Positions 20,931 through 33,058 of a DNA stretch of 64,000 nt are shown here, one piece after another. Source of the DNA: Alphaproteobacteria bacterium (GTDB lineage Bacteria > Pseudomonadota > Alphaproteobacteria > SHVV01); contig OZ253470.1 in the NCBI GenBank assembly GCA_965261735.1, positions 832,001 through 896,000 of the forward strand. Direction: 5' to 3'. The stretch's first letter is position 1. Each line of letters opens with the position of its first letter. Position numbers and translations under genes: made by a program. The notes under the pieces were generated by a model. It was not told the DNA's origin and ran no database searches. It was given only the letters and a program-made list of their open reading frames with translations.

Positions 20931-21440
20931 TCAGTTCGCCTGGTTCTGCTCGGCGTGCCGCGCGCGAATCGCGCCGGCGCGCGCCTCGAGCTCCCTCGCC
21001 CGCGCCTCGCTCCGCGCAACCCGCAACAGCGCGGCGTACTCGTCCAGCGCGGCCGCGACCTTGGCGTGGTCGGGCCCGAGGGTCGCTTCCATCGCGGCCA
21101 GCGCCCGCACGAACAGCCGGCTCGCGTCGCTAGCGCGAGCGGTGTCGCGATAGTGGCGCGCTAGCACGAGGAGATCCGGGGTGCCGATGCCGATAAGGTT
21201 GAGCGCATTCCTGAGCGCGCGCCGGCGCGGGCCGGGATAGGCGGCCCCAGCCTCGTCGATCTCGATGCGCGTACGCGGCACGACCACGGTCCGGCCCTTC
21301 GAGAAGGGCGGCGGCTGAGAGACCTGCGGCATCTCGGTGATGCGCACGGTCGGCCCAGCGGCGGCCGCATCCGCCGACAGGAGGCCCGCCTCCAAGGCTG
21401 CGAGGGCCAGCGGCCACCATTTGTTTGCGTTTCGGCTCAT
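20931..21440 (-). CDS. Exported protein: FlgI C-terminal-like segment fused to a TPR-like helix pair
   Basis: Signal-like N-terminus; TVRITEMPQVSQPPPFSKGRTVVVPRTRI; RALAAMEATLGPDHAKVAAALDEYAALL. Confidence 0.65.
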   Translation of the reverse strand: MSRNANKWWPLALAALEAGLLSADAAAAGPTVRITEMPQVSQPPPFSKGRTVVVPRTRIEIDEAGAAYPGPRRRALRNALNLIGIGTPDLLVLARHYRDTARASDASRLFVRALAAMEATLGPDHAKVAAALDEYAALLRVARSEARARELEARAGAIRARHAEQNQAN

Positions 21441-21461
21441 GGGTGGACCGGCCGCCGCGCC

Positions 21462-23255
21462 TCAGAACGCGGCTGCGTCGAGGGCCATCAGGTTGTCCTT
21501 GCCCGACGTGAGTTTCGACAACAGCGACGAGGTCTCGGGCAGGGTGCGCTCCATGAAGAAGCGCGCGCGGGCGAGCTTCGCTTCGTAGAACGCGCGGTCA
21601 CCGTCGGCGCTCTCGCTGAGCTTGCGGTGCGCGACGGCGGCCATGCGCGCCCACATCCAGGCCACGGCGACGAGCCCGAACAGGCGCAAATAGTCGCTCG
21701 CCGCGGCCGCGCCCTGCTCCGGCTCCTTGAGGCCCTGTTCGGCGATCCATGCCGTCGCCTGCTGCAGGCGGGCGAACGACTTGGCGAGCGGCATGACGTA
21801 GGGCGCGAGCGCCGCATCGCCTCCGTTCTCCTGAATGAAGCGGTCGACGGGGTGGAAGAACTGGCGCAACGAGCGGCCCATGTGGGCGGGCAGCTTGCGC
21901 CCGACGAGATCGAGCGCCTGGATGCCGTTGGCGCCCTCGTAGACCTGGCCGATACGGGCATCGCGCACGAACTGCTCCATCCCCCATTCGCGGATGTAGC
22001 CGTGGCCGCCCAGGCACTGCAGGCCGAGGTTCGTCGCCTCGAAGCCGGCGTCGGTGAAGTAGGCCTTGATGACCGGGGTCAGCAGCGAGACGAGCTCGTC
22101 GGCGTCGCGGCGCGTGCGCTCGTCCGGGTGCCGGCCCGCGAGATCGATATGGAGCGCGGTCCATAGGGCGAGGGCCCGAGCACCCTCCGCAAAAGCGCGC
22201 ATCGAAAGCAACATGCGGCGCACGTCGGCATGAACGATGATCGGGTCGGCGGCGCGCTCCGGCGCCTTGGCGCCCGCGGGCGCGCGCCCCTGGAGGCGCT
22301 CCTTGGCGTAGGCGGCGGCGTTCTGGTAGGCGACCTCGGCGAGCGAGAGCCCCTGCAGGCCGACGGACAGGCGCGCCGGGTTCATCATCGCGAACATCGC
22401 CCGCATGCCCTTGTGGGGCTCGCCGAGCAGGAAGCCGGTGGCGCCGTCGTAGTTCATGACGCAGGTGGCCGAGGCCTGGATGCCCATCTTGTGCTCGATG
22501 GCGCCGCACGAGACGGCATTGCGCGCGCCCAAGACCCCATCCTCGCCGGCCAGGAACTTGGGCACGATGAACAGGCTGATGCCGCGCACGCCCTCGGGCG
22601 CGCCGGCAATGCGCGCGAGCACGAGGTGGACGATGTTCTCGGTGAGGTCGTGCTCGCCGGCGGAGATGAAGATCTTGGTGCCGGTGATTCGATAGCTGCC
22701 GTCGGCCTCGGGCTCGGCGCGAGTGCGGATGAGGCCGAGGTCGGTGCCGCAGTGGGCCTCGGTGAGGTTCATGGTGCCGCCCCAGTCTCCGGACAGCAGC
22801 TTGGGCAGATAAGTCGCCTTCTGGGCGTCGGTGCCGTACATGTCGATGGCGTGCGCGGCGCCCGCGGCAAGGCCCGGATAGGTGCTGAAGGAGAGGTTGG
22901 CGGAACCGATCATTTCGGCGAAGCACGTGGCGACGACCTGCGGCAGGCCCTGGCCGCCATAGTCGGGATCGGCGGCGAGGCCGTTCCAGCCCCCTTCGGC
23001 GAACGTGCGGTAGGCCTCCTTGAAGCCGGCCGGGGTGGTGACGTCACCGCCCTCGAAATGGCAGCCCTCCACATCGCCCGGCTGGTTGAGGGGCGCGAGC
23101 TCCTGCTCGCACAGCTTCGCTGCCTGCTCGAGGACGGCCTCTATCACATCGGGCGAGGCCTCGGCGAAACCCGGCAGGTTGCCGAGGCGCTCGACCTCCA
23201 GCAGGTCGTGGAGGACGAAGCGGAAGTCGCGCAGGGGTGCCTGATAGGTCGGCAT
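21462..23255 (-). CDS. Acyl-CoA dehydrogenase (long form, DmdC/FadE-like)
   Basis: GTMNLTE..GTDL, ITGTKIFISAGEHDLTENIVHLVLA, EHKMGI, YEGANGIQALDL. Confidence 0.93.
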   Translation of the reverse strand: MPTYQAPLRDFRFVLHDLLEVERLGNLPGFAEASPDVIEAVLEQAAKLCEQELAPLNQPGDVEGCHFEGGDVTTPAGFKEAYRTFAEGGWNGLAADPDYGGQGLPQVVATCFAEMIGSANLSFSTYPGLAAGAAHAIDMYGTDAQKATYLPKLLSGDWGGTMNLTEAHCGTDLGLIRTRAEPEADGSYRITGTKIFISAGEHDLTENIVHLVLARIAGAPEGVRGISLFIVPKFLAGEDGVLGARNAVSCGAIEHKMGIQASATCVMNYDGATGFLLGEPHKGMRAMFAMMNPARLSVGLQGLSLAEVAYQNAAAYAKERLQGRAPAGAKAPERAADPIIVHADVRRMLLSMRAFAEGARALALWTALHIDLAGRHPDERTRRDADELVSLLTPVIKAYFTDAGFEATNLGLQCLGGHGYIREWGMEQFVRDARIGQVYEGANGIQALDLVGRKLPAHMGRSLRQFFHPVDRFIQENGGDAALAPYVMPLAKSFARLQQATAWIAEQGLKEPEQGAAAASDYLRLFGLVAVAWMWARMAAVAHRKLSESADGDRAFYEAKLARARFFMERTLPETSSLLSKLTSGKDNLMALDAAAF

Positions 23256-23291
23256 GGGATTCGCCTCTCCTGTGGGCCGCGGGCAGCGCCC

Positions 23292-25639
23292 TCAGTTGCG
23301 CAGGGGCTTGCCGGTCTCCAGCATGTGTTCGATACGGTCCAGGGTTGCCGGCATTTTAATTAGCTTACTAATGGTATCTCGCTCGAGCGCCAACAGCTCC
23401 TTCTCCGACACCGTCTCCGTCACGTCGGTGGCGCCCCCGGAGACGGCCTCGGCGAGCGCACGGGTGACGATCCCGTCGTGCGCGCTCGCCTGGCCGCTTT
23501 TCACCAGCCCGTCGACGGCCATGGTGAAGGCGGCGCGCGCACTCGGACCGGGGAGCGCGACCTCGGGCGCCGCCGGCGGCTTGTAGCGCTTCGCGAGCTT
23601 GAGCGCGCGCGCCTTGGCGTCGGCGAGCACGCGGTTGCGGTTCATGGTGATGCCGTCGTCGGGCACGAGGAAGCCGAGCTCGCGCGCTTCGGCCGCCGAG
23701 CGCGAGACCTTGGCCAGGCCGATGGTCTCGAAGGTGCGCATCAGCGGCGGCATCGGGCCGCCCGGCCGGTCGGTGCGCGCCGTGTTGCGCAGGATCAGCT
23801 CCTTGGTGCCGCCCCAACTCGGGATCAGGCCGACACCGACCTCGACGAGGCCGATGTAGCTCTCGGCGTGCGCCTGGACCGCGTCGCAATGGAGCAGCAC
23901 CTCGCAGCCGCCGCCGAGCGCCATGCCGGCGGGCGCGCCGACCACCGGAAAGGGCGCGTATTTGAGCGCGAGGAAGACGTCCTGGCCTTCCTTCACGTTC
24001 TGCTCGAGCAGCGGCCACATGGCGGTGTTGGCGGCGAACAGGGCGAGGCCGACATTGGCGCCGACCGAGAAGTTGTCGGCATCGTTGCCGATCACCAGCG
24101 CCCGATAGCCCTTTTTGTCGATCTTCGCGGCCTCGCGCACCATCGCCATGCTCGCCGAATCGAGGGCGTTCATCTTTGAATGGAACTCGAGACAGGCGAC
24201 GCCGTCGCCGAGGTCCCACAGGCTCGCCGAGGCGTTGGCGGCGATCGGCTGACTCTCACGCTTGAGGTCGGCGAGCCGGAAGGCGCCCGCCTCGACCGCG
24301 ATGTCGACATATTCGCCGCCCAACGTGAGGTATTGCTGCGCGCCCTCATGCTCACGATAGAGCGGACGCGCGCCGGCGATGCGCAGCAGCGCGGGCACGG
24401 CCAGCCCCTCGGCGGCCAACCGGTCGGCGAACCAGGCGACGCCGAGCTCGTCGATCTGCTCGAAGGGCCCGCGCTTCCAAGCGTAGCCCGCCCGCATCGC
24501 TCGATCCACGCTGACGATATCGCCGGCGATCTCGGGCACCAGGCTGGCTGCGTAGGCGAGCGTCTTGCTCAGCACCCGCCAGGCATAGCGGCCGCCGGCA
24601 TCCTCGTGCTCGACCAGCGCACGCAGGCCGTGCCTCGCCGCATCGATGCTGGCGAGATCGGGCTTGGCGGCGGGGCGGTAGGCGCCGCTCTCGAGGTCGC
24701 GCGCTTCCTTGACGCGGGCTCCGTTCGACTTGGCGAGGCGGTAGAAGCCGCCCCTGCCCTTACGCCCGGTGTAGCCCTCGGCGATCATGCCGGCGATCAA
24801 GCGGCTCAAGCGCCCTTCCGGGTCGTAGACCGCGAAGAAGGGATCGTCGGGCGCGAGCAGCGCCGCCATGCTCTGCATCACGTGCGGTGCGAGGTCGATG
24901 CCGGTGAGATCGGCGAGCCCGAAGATACCGGTCTTGGGGACGCCCATGGGGCGGCCGACGATGGCGTCGGCCTCCTCGACGCTGAGCCCGAGATCCAACG
25001 CCTCGCTCATCGCCACCGTGCTCCAGTAGATGCCGATGCGATTGGCGATAAAGCCGGGCGTGTCGTTGCAGCGCACGACTTCCTTGCCGAGGGCGGTATC
25101 GGCGAAGGCGCGGAGCGCGCTCAAGGCGCCGCGCCTGGTGCGCGGCCCGCCGACGACCTCGAGCAGGCGCATGTAGCGCGGCGGATTGAAGAAATGGGTG
25201 ATCGCGAAATCGCGGGCGAAGCGGGCCGGGAGCCCGGCGACGAGCTTGGCGAGCGGGATGGTCGAGGTGTTGGAGGACACGATCGAGCCCGCCTTGCGGA
25301 CGGCGTCGAGGCGGCGGTAGACGTCGTGCTTGACGGCAACATCCTCGACCACTGCTTCGCAAATCCAGTCGGCATCCGCGAGCAGAGCGAGGTCGTCCTC
25401 GAGGTTGCCGGGGGTGACGAGCTTCGCCGCGCGGGTCTCCATGAACGGAGCGGGCTGGGTCTTGAGCATGCGCGCGATCGCGCCCGTGGCGAGTGGGCTA
25501 CGCTCGTCCACGCCTTCGCCCGCTCCCTCGGGCACGATGTCGAGGAGTGCGACGGGGACCCCGGCGTTGGCGATGTGGGCGGCGATCGCGGCACCCATGA
25601 CGCCGGCGCCGAGGACGGCGACTTTCTCGATCTTGGCCA

Positions 25640-25640
<1 letters not shown>
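23292..25640 (-). CDS. 3-hydroxyacyl-CoA dehydrogenase/enoyl-CoA hydratase (FadN-like)
   Basis: VLGAGVMG, SSNTS, HFFNPPRYM, GFIANRIG, ALGGGCE. Confidence 0.92.
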
Positions 25641-26791
<1,151 letters not shown>

Positions 26792-26828
26792 GGAAGACCC
26801 TTCCCTGCGATGGATATTTCCGCGACCG

Positions 26829-28535
26829 CTAGCCCGCGGCGCGGCGCGGTGCGGCGGCGAGAGAAACCGCCTCGTAACCGATGATGGCCTCGAAATGGCG
26901 CTGGCAGGCGTCCTCGTTGGCGACGATACCGCGGCGCGGCGGCGGCGCGAAGTGCGTCGCCATGAAGCGGCGCGCGAGGAGCGATTTGCGCGCATCGCCC
27001 TCGCCTTCGCCGGCGCTCGCCTCGTCGAGCAGCAGGGCCGCCGCCAGAGTATCGGCGAGCAGGTCCATGAGCCGGCGGGCGTGGCGCTCCGCGGCCGCCG
27101 CGTCCCGGCGCACCAGCGCTACCGCCTCGCGGCAATCCGCGAGCGCGGCCTCGACGCCCGCCGCGACGTCGCCCACGGCGGCGGGCGCGCTCGCGACAAT
27201 GGTCTCTAGACGCTCGCTGAAGGCGTCGTAGCCCGGGTAGCGCTCGCCGATCATGCGCAGCACCTCGAGCGCCTGGATGTTGGCCGGCCCTTCCCACACC
27301 GTGGTTACTTGGGCGTCGCGCAACAGGCGCGGCGTCACCCTGTCGTCGACATAGCCGTTGCCGCCGATGATCTCGATGGCCGCGCGGCACGTGGTGTTGG
27401 CATGCTCGGCGGTGCGGTGCTTGGCGAGCGCGGTCGCGAGCCGCAGCCACGGGCGCTCGGCCTCGTCAGCCGCGGCGGCATCGAAGGCGCGCGCGGCGGA
27501 AAAGGCGAGCGCGGTATCGGCCTCGAGCTCGACCACGATCCGCAGGAGCTCGTCGCGCACCATGGGGTAGTCCGTGATCGTCCGGCCGAAGGCCACGCGG
27601 TGGGCGGCGAAGCTTATGGCCTCGAGAAAGGCGCGGCGCTGCAGGCCGGCCGACGCCATGGCATTGTGGATGCGGCTGAACCCGAGGGCCTCCATCATCA
27701 GCTTGAAGCCCTGCGGCGGCGGCGCGATCTCGATCGCGTGCGTATCGGCTAGCTCGACCTCACCGGTGGGGATGCCGCAGGTGCCGAGCTTGTCCTTGAG
27801 GCGGCGGACGCGAAATCGGTTGGGTGAGCCGTCCTCGAGGCGAGCCGGCACCAGGTAGAGGCCGAGGCCGGCAGACCCGGCCGCCGCTCCCTCGGGCCGC
27901 GCCGTGGCCGCGGCGAGGTCGCCACCCACATTGCTGACGAACCATTTGAGGCCATCGAGGCGGACACTGTCGCCAGTGCCGCGCGCCACCGTGGTGCTGG
28001 CGCCGACGTCGCTGCCGCCATGGAGCTCGGTGGCCCAGGTGCCGGCCGTCTGCGCCGCGCCGTCCATGCGCGTGAGCTCGCCGAGGTAGCGGCGCCTGAC
28101 CGTCTCGGGCGCGAACCGGTCGAGGACGAAGGCGACCGCGCCCGTCATCGTCACGGGGCAGTGGAGCGAGACGTCGGCCTGCGACAGCAGGTAGCCCATG
28201 GCGAAGGTAATGAGGAAGGGTGCAGGTTGGTCACCATAATTGAGGCCGACCGCACCGCGCCGGTAGACCTCGCGCGAGACCGTTTCCCACAGCGGGTTGT
28301 GGTGGACTCGATTGACCGGCTCGCCGTCGCGGTCGTAGCTCTCGAGCGTCGGCCGGCCGAGGCGGTCGGTGTACGTAGCCTCCGCGTCGACCTCGTCGCC
28401 GACCCAGGCGCCGAACGCCGAAAGGGTCTCGCGCCAGCGCTCGAACGCCGCGCCGTCGGCCCGGCGCAGCACCGCGTGCAGGTTGGTATCGAGGGCGAAA
28501 AAATTCTGCCCGCGCATGTCAGGCTCATAGCGCAT
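26829..28535 (-). CDS. AidB-like acyl-CoA dehydrogenase
   Basis: CPVTMT, TELHGGSDV, RRLKDKLG, GGNGY, WEGPANI. Confidence 0.88.
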   Translation of the reverse strand: MRYEPDMRGQNFFALDTNLHAVLRRADGAAFERWRETLSAFGAWVGDEVDAEATYTDRLGRPTLESYDRDGEPVNRVHHNPLWETVSREVYRRGAVGLNYGDQPAPFLITFAMGYLLSQADVSLHCPVTMTGAVAFVLDRFAPETVRRRYLGELTRMDGAAQTAGTWATELHGGSDVGASTTVARGTGDSVRLDGLKWFVSNVGGDLAAATARPEGAAAGSAGLGLYLVPARLEDGSPNRFRVRRLKDKLGTCGIPTGEVELADTHAIEIAPPPQGFKLMMEALGFSRIHNAMASAGLQRRAFLEAISFAAHRVAFGRTITDYPMVRDELLRIVVELEADTALAFSAARAFDAAAADEAERPWLRLATALAKHRTAEHANTTCRAAIEIIGGNGYVDDRVTPRLLRDAQVTTVWEGPANIQALEVLRMIGERYPGYDAFSERLETIVASAPAAVGDVAAGVEAALADCREAVALVRRDAAAAERHARRLMDLLADTLAAALLLDEASAGEGEGDARKSLLARRFMATHFAPPPRRGIVANEDACQRHFEAIIGYEAVSLAAAPRRAAG

Positions 28536-28978
28536 CGATCGTCGCCCTCTTGTGTCCCAGCACTTCCTCCAGGGTACGGCAACCGTGCTCGAGCTCGCCT
28601 ATCACCTGCTCGATATCGTCGCGCTGCTGTCGAAGCTCCCCGAGCCTGGCACGCGCCTTGGCCAGGGTCACCCGGAGCTGCTCGGCCTGGCCGTCGCCGA
28701 CGTCGTAGAGATCGAGCATCTCGCCGATATCGGCGAGGCTGAAGCCGAGGCGCTTGCCGCGCAGGATGAGCTTGAGGCGCGCACGGTCGCGCCGCGAATA
28801 GATGCGCGCGCGGCCTGCACGCCTCGGCGCGAGCAGTCCCTTGTCCTCGTAGAATCGCAAGGTTCGCGGCGTCACCTGAAACTCCGAGGCGAGGTCGGTG
28901 ATGGTGTAGCTCGTGCCTGCCCCTTCGCTTCGCTCGCTCGCTCGCAGGCAAGTTCACCGCATTTGTCAATGAATGACC

Positions 28979-30083
28979 CTTGCCTATCCGGTTTACACCC
29001 ACACCCACTAGGGCTAGAATGGGCGCAACCCGGATATAGGGGAGCGCGCCATGGATGTTCTCGACCGCGCCGATCTCCCATTCCCGCATTCGCTACCCGA
29101 GTTCCAGCGACTTTTCCCCGATGATGCGGCCTGCGCCGCCTACCTGGAGAAAGCCCACTGGGGAGACGGCTTTGCCTGCCCGCACTGCGGCACGGCGGGA
29201 GAGCCGTTCCACTTTGAAAACCGCCCTGGCGTCCTGCGCTGCCGCAAGTGCCGCCAGAACACCGGGCTGACGGTGGGAACAGTGATGGAGCGTAGCCACA
29301 CTCCGCTGAACGTCTGGTTCTGGGCCGCTTATCTGGTCGCCAGTCAGACGCCCGGCATGTCCGCCGTGCAGTTTCAGCGGCAACTTGGTCTTTCGCGCTA
29401 CGAGACGGCCTTTCAAATTCTCCACAAGCTCCGCTCGGGCATGGTGCGGCCCAACCAAGACAGGATCGGTGGACAGCCCAAGAACCATGTTGAGGTGGAC
29501 GAAACCTGGGTTGGCGGGCGAACGCGTGGGGAAGGCCGTGGTGTTCACCACAAGGTTCCCGTCTCCTGTGCCATCGAGGTGCGTCATCGAAAGCCGGGCA
29601 CCAAGCTCGACAACCGGAAAGACGGACGCTATGCCGGACGCGTTCGGCTCGCCGTCGTGCTCGACCGTAGCGCCGAGTCGCTCTGTGGGTTCGTCGAGAG
29701 CACCGTCGCGCCGCGATCGCTGATCGTTACTGACGATTGGAGCGGCTATGCTGGCCTCGGGAAGCGCGGCTATGAGCACTTCGCTGTTGCCGAGTGTGGT
29801 GATCCAGAGGTTGCCGAGCAATACCTGCCGATCATCCATCTGGTTTTCGCCAACCTGAAGACGTGGCTGATCGGTATCCACCACGGCGTTAGCCACCAGC
29901 ACTTACAAGCCTACCTCAACGAGTTCACCTTCCGCTTCAACAGGCGGTTCTACCCGTTCAACGCCTTCCGCTCATTGCTCGGCATCGCGGGCGACACCTC
30001 TGCTCCAACTTATGCCGAGCTTTACTCGGGAGAGTGGCGGCACCCTATATGTAGCGGTCATGGGCGTTAACCGGATAGGAAAG
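28979..30083 (+). mobile_element. IS1595-family element, copy 1 (1105 bp)
   Basis: IR CTTGCCTATCCGGTT / AACCGGATAGGAAAG (one mismatch); imperfect flanks GAATGACC / GAATGTAC. Confidence 0.92.
29051..30070 (+). CDS. IS1595 transposase
   Basis: CPHC..CRKC zinc ribbon, VEVDETWVGG, TDDW, YLNEFTFRFNRR. Confidence 0.93.
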   Translation: MDVLDRADLPFPHSLPEFQRLFPDDAACAAYLEKAHWGDGFACPHCGTAGEPFHFENRPGVLRCRKCRQNTGLTVGTVMERSHTPLNVWFWAAYLVASQTPGMSAVQFQRQLGLSRYETAFQILHKLRSGMVRPNQDRIGGQPKNHVEVDETWVGGRTRGEGRGVHHKVPVSCAIEVRHRKPGTKLDNRKDGRYAGRVRLAVVLDRSAESLCGFVESTVAPRSLIVTDDWSGYAGLGKRGYEHFAVAECGDPEVAEQYLPIIHLVFANLKTWLIGIHHGVSHQHLQAYLNEFTFRFNRRFYPFNAFRSLLGIAGDTSAPTYAELYSGEWRHPICSGHGR

Positions 30084-30136
30084 GAATGTACGTCCACCAT
30101 GGGCTGGGCCCCAGTTCGCGCCTCCCATTCATATAG

Positions 30137-30158
30137 GTTACGTTTACGTCAACGTCAA
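30137..30158 (-). promoter_or_regulatory. LiuR-type operator overlapping the operon promoter
   Basis: GTTACGTTTACGTCAACGTCAA contains TTACGT-N2-ACGTAA-like palindromes; minus strand reads TTGACG-N17-TATATG. Confidence 0.75.
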
Positions 30159-30250
30159 TTGGTGCCCGATCGGACTTGAAGGACGCACGCCCGCTCCTCT
30201 ACGCTCACGCCTAAACGCAACGCTCATCTAAATGCGCGGGAGATGCCGCG

Positions 30251-30577
30251 GTGGCGACGCATGCGAGCTACGCCGAGTTCTGGCCCGTCTATTTGCGCCA
30301 ACACAGCGCGCAACGCACCCGCGCCCTCCACTATGTCGGCACGACGATCGCCATCGCATGCCTTGTGCTGCTGGCGGTCAGCGGTGATCCCTGGTATTTG
30401 GCGGGCGCCCTCGTCGGCGGCTATGGCTTCGCCTGGGTCGGGCACTTCTTCGTCGAGCGCAACCGCCCCGCCACGTTCACCTATCCCGCGTGGTCACTCT
30501 ACAGCGATTTCCGCATGTACTTTCTGGCGCTGTCGGGGCGCCTTCGCGGCGAGCTCGACGAGGCGGGCGTGAGCTGA
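30251..30577 (+). CDS. DUF962/Mpo1-like membrane protein
   Basis: [38 protein letters not shown]. Confidence 0.9.
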   Translation: MATHASYAEFWPVYLRQHSAQRTRALHYVGTTIAIACLVLLAVSGDPWYLAGALVGGYGFAWVGHFFVERNRPATFTYPAWSLYSDFRMYFLALSGRLRGELDEAGVS

Positions 30578-30790
30578 GGTGGGGGCACGTCGCGCCCTAG
30601 CGGCGCTCTGCGCACGCCTGGCGGCCGTGCGCAGACGGGGTAGATAAAGCGATGATTTACCTGTATAAGCACGACCAATGAGCGCCGCGTTAGCAGGCGC
30701 CGCCGGGAGGGGTATCGCGATCGGTCTAACGATCGCCAACGGGGGGTGCGGGTGAATCGATCGGAAAGGCCCACTGGCGCGTGGCCCCGC

Positions 30791-32159
30791 ATGGGGCGCG
30801 TGCGGTTGTGGGCCATAATCTACGGCCGCGGCGGCAGTGGCGCTGGGCGTGCTGGTCAGCGCGCCCGCGAGCGCTCAGCCAACAGCTACCCTGCAGGAGC
30901 TGGAGCGGCAGTACGAGGCCGCCTTCCAGGAGATATTCAAGGACCCAGGTAACCTCGACAAGACGTTCCGATATGCGGAGCTGGCCGTAGAGCTCGGCAA
31001 TTTCGAGGCCGCGATCAGCGCGCCCGAACGCATGCTGCTGATCAACCCCAACCTGCCGCGCGTCCGGCTCGAGCTTGGCGTGCTGTACTTCCGCCTCGGC
31101 TCCTACCAGCTGGCGCGCACCTATCTGTTGCGCGCGCTCGACGGCGATCCGCCGGCGGACGTTCGTACCAACGTCGAGAAGTTCCTCGCCGAGGTCGACA
31201 AGCGCCTGTCGCGTCATCAGGTGAGCGGCTCGATCTATGGCGGCTGGCGGGTGCAGACGAACGCCAACGCGGGCCCGACCTCGACCGCCGTGCGCGCCAA
31301 CGGCGTCGCCGCAACTCTAGGCGAAGAGAACACCGACCAAGGCGACAGCAACTTCTTCCTGTCTGGCACCCTGAACCACGTTTACGACCTTTTGACCCAG
31401 AGCGGCCTGGTGATCGAGACCAACGCCATCGCCTTCGGCTCCGAGCAGCGGGACCAGAAGCAGCTCGATCTCCTGTTCCTGTCGGTCGATTCCGGGCCGC
31501 GCGGCAAGTTGATGCCCAACACGCTGACCAACGCGACCTACCGACCTTATGTCGTCGGCAACATCGTTCGCCTCGAAGACGTCCCCTACCTGCGCTCGTT
31601 CGGCGCCGGAATCAATCTGACGAACCAGTTCTCCTCGAGCGTCTCGGGAGAGCTCAATGCCGAGCGCCTCGAGCAGAGCTTCAGCAACAACGGGCGGCGG
31701 GGCACGGTAACCGACCAGGACGGCCCCCAGACCGAGGTGCGCCTGCGTGGCCGCTATCTGTACAGCGAGAAGGTGCAGCTCAACCTCGGGGCGACCGTCG
31801 TCGACGAGGATGCGGACCGCAACTTCGAGGCCAGCCGCGAGTACGGCCTCTCGCTCGGCGCGACCGCGGCCTACAGCCCGCGCGAGCTGGTCGGACTGCC
31901 CCTCGGCGGGTCCGCCCCGTGGGTCACGGCACTCACGGGAGCACGCAACGTCACCGACTATGGCGCCGGCAACCCCAGCGTCGACACCAACGTCAAGCGG
32001 TTCGACAAGGAGTGGCGGCTTACGCTCGTCCACAGCGTGGCGCTCGCCCGCGATCTGACGCTGATCGGAACGGCGCAGCGGACCTACGTCGACAGCAACC
32101 TCTCCAACTTCTCCTACAACAACTCGCTCCTGTCAGTCGGCGCCTCCTGGCGCTTCTAG
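30791..32159 (+). CDS. TPR plus outer-membrane beta-barrel protein (Slam/DUF560-like); signal peptide apparently frameshifted
   Basis: RVRLELGVLYFRLGSY TPR; C-terminal ..GASWRF. MGRVRLWAII (30791) is out of frame with the body, which has an in-frame TAA just upstream of 30837. Confidence 0.75.
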
Positions 32160-33058
32160 TGGATTGATTCCAACGTTTGGAACCCTCTGTTTCGTGCGGC
32201 GATGATATGATCGGGGTCGGCTTTCCAGATGAAGGGTTTTGGGTTTGCGTCATTGTATTCGCGGACAAATCGGTTGATGGCGGCCTGAAGGTCGACGACG
32301 GATTGGAAGACGCCGTATTTGAGCCTGCGCCGCGTTAGTTTGGCGAAGAAGCCCTCGACGGCATTGAGCCACGAGCACGAGGTTGGCGTGAAGTGGAAGG
32401 TCCAGCGTGGATGGCGGGCGAGCCAGGCGCGGACCTTGTCCTTCTTGTGCGCGGCGTAGTTGTCGAGGATGACGTGGACGGCCTTGTCCGTCGGCACCTC
32501 GCGCTCGATGCGGTTGAGGAAGCGGATGAACTCCTGATGGCGGTGGCGCTGCATGTTCTGTGCGATGACCGTACCGTCCAGCACGTTGAGCGCGGCGAAC
32601 AGCGTCGTCGTGCCATGCCGTTTGTAATCATAGGTCATCGTACCGGCGCGGCCCTTCTTCATCGGCAAGCCGGGTTGGGTGCGGTCGAGCGCCTGGATCT
32701 GTGATTTCTCATCAACCGACAGCACCACGGCATGGGCCGGCGGATCGACATACAAGCCGACGATATCTGTGAGCTTCTCGGCGAAGGCGGGATCATTGGA
32801 GAGCTTGAAGTGCCGCCAGCGGTGCGGGCTGAGGCCATGGGCCTTCCAGATCGCTTGGACCGTCGACGCCGCGACGCCAGCAACCTTCGCCATCGCGCGC
32901 AGCGTCCAGTGGGTCGCCTCGTGCGGCGGCGCTTGCTGGGTCAGGCGGACGATCTCGGCGACGCGCTCCGGCGGGATCGGCGCTTTGCCAGGCGGACGGG
33001 ACCTGTCGCGAAGCAAGCCGTTGACACCCTCGTGCATGAACCGCTCCTGCCAGCGCCA

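Larger units (their letters stand above)
28525..30100 (-). pseudogene. LiuR-like MerR regulator, split by IS1595 and frameshifted in a (GCGA)4 tract
   Basis: SYTITDLASEFQVTPRTLRFYEDKGLL..RLKLILRGKRLGFSL; no in-frame start before helix 1; inferred ATG at 30100 beyond the IS. Confidence 0.7.
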
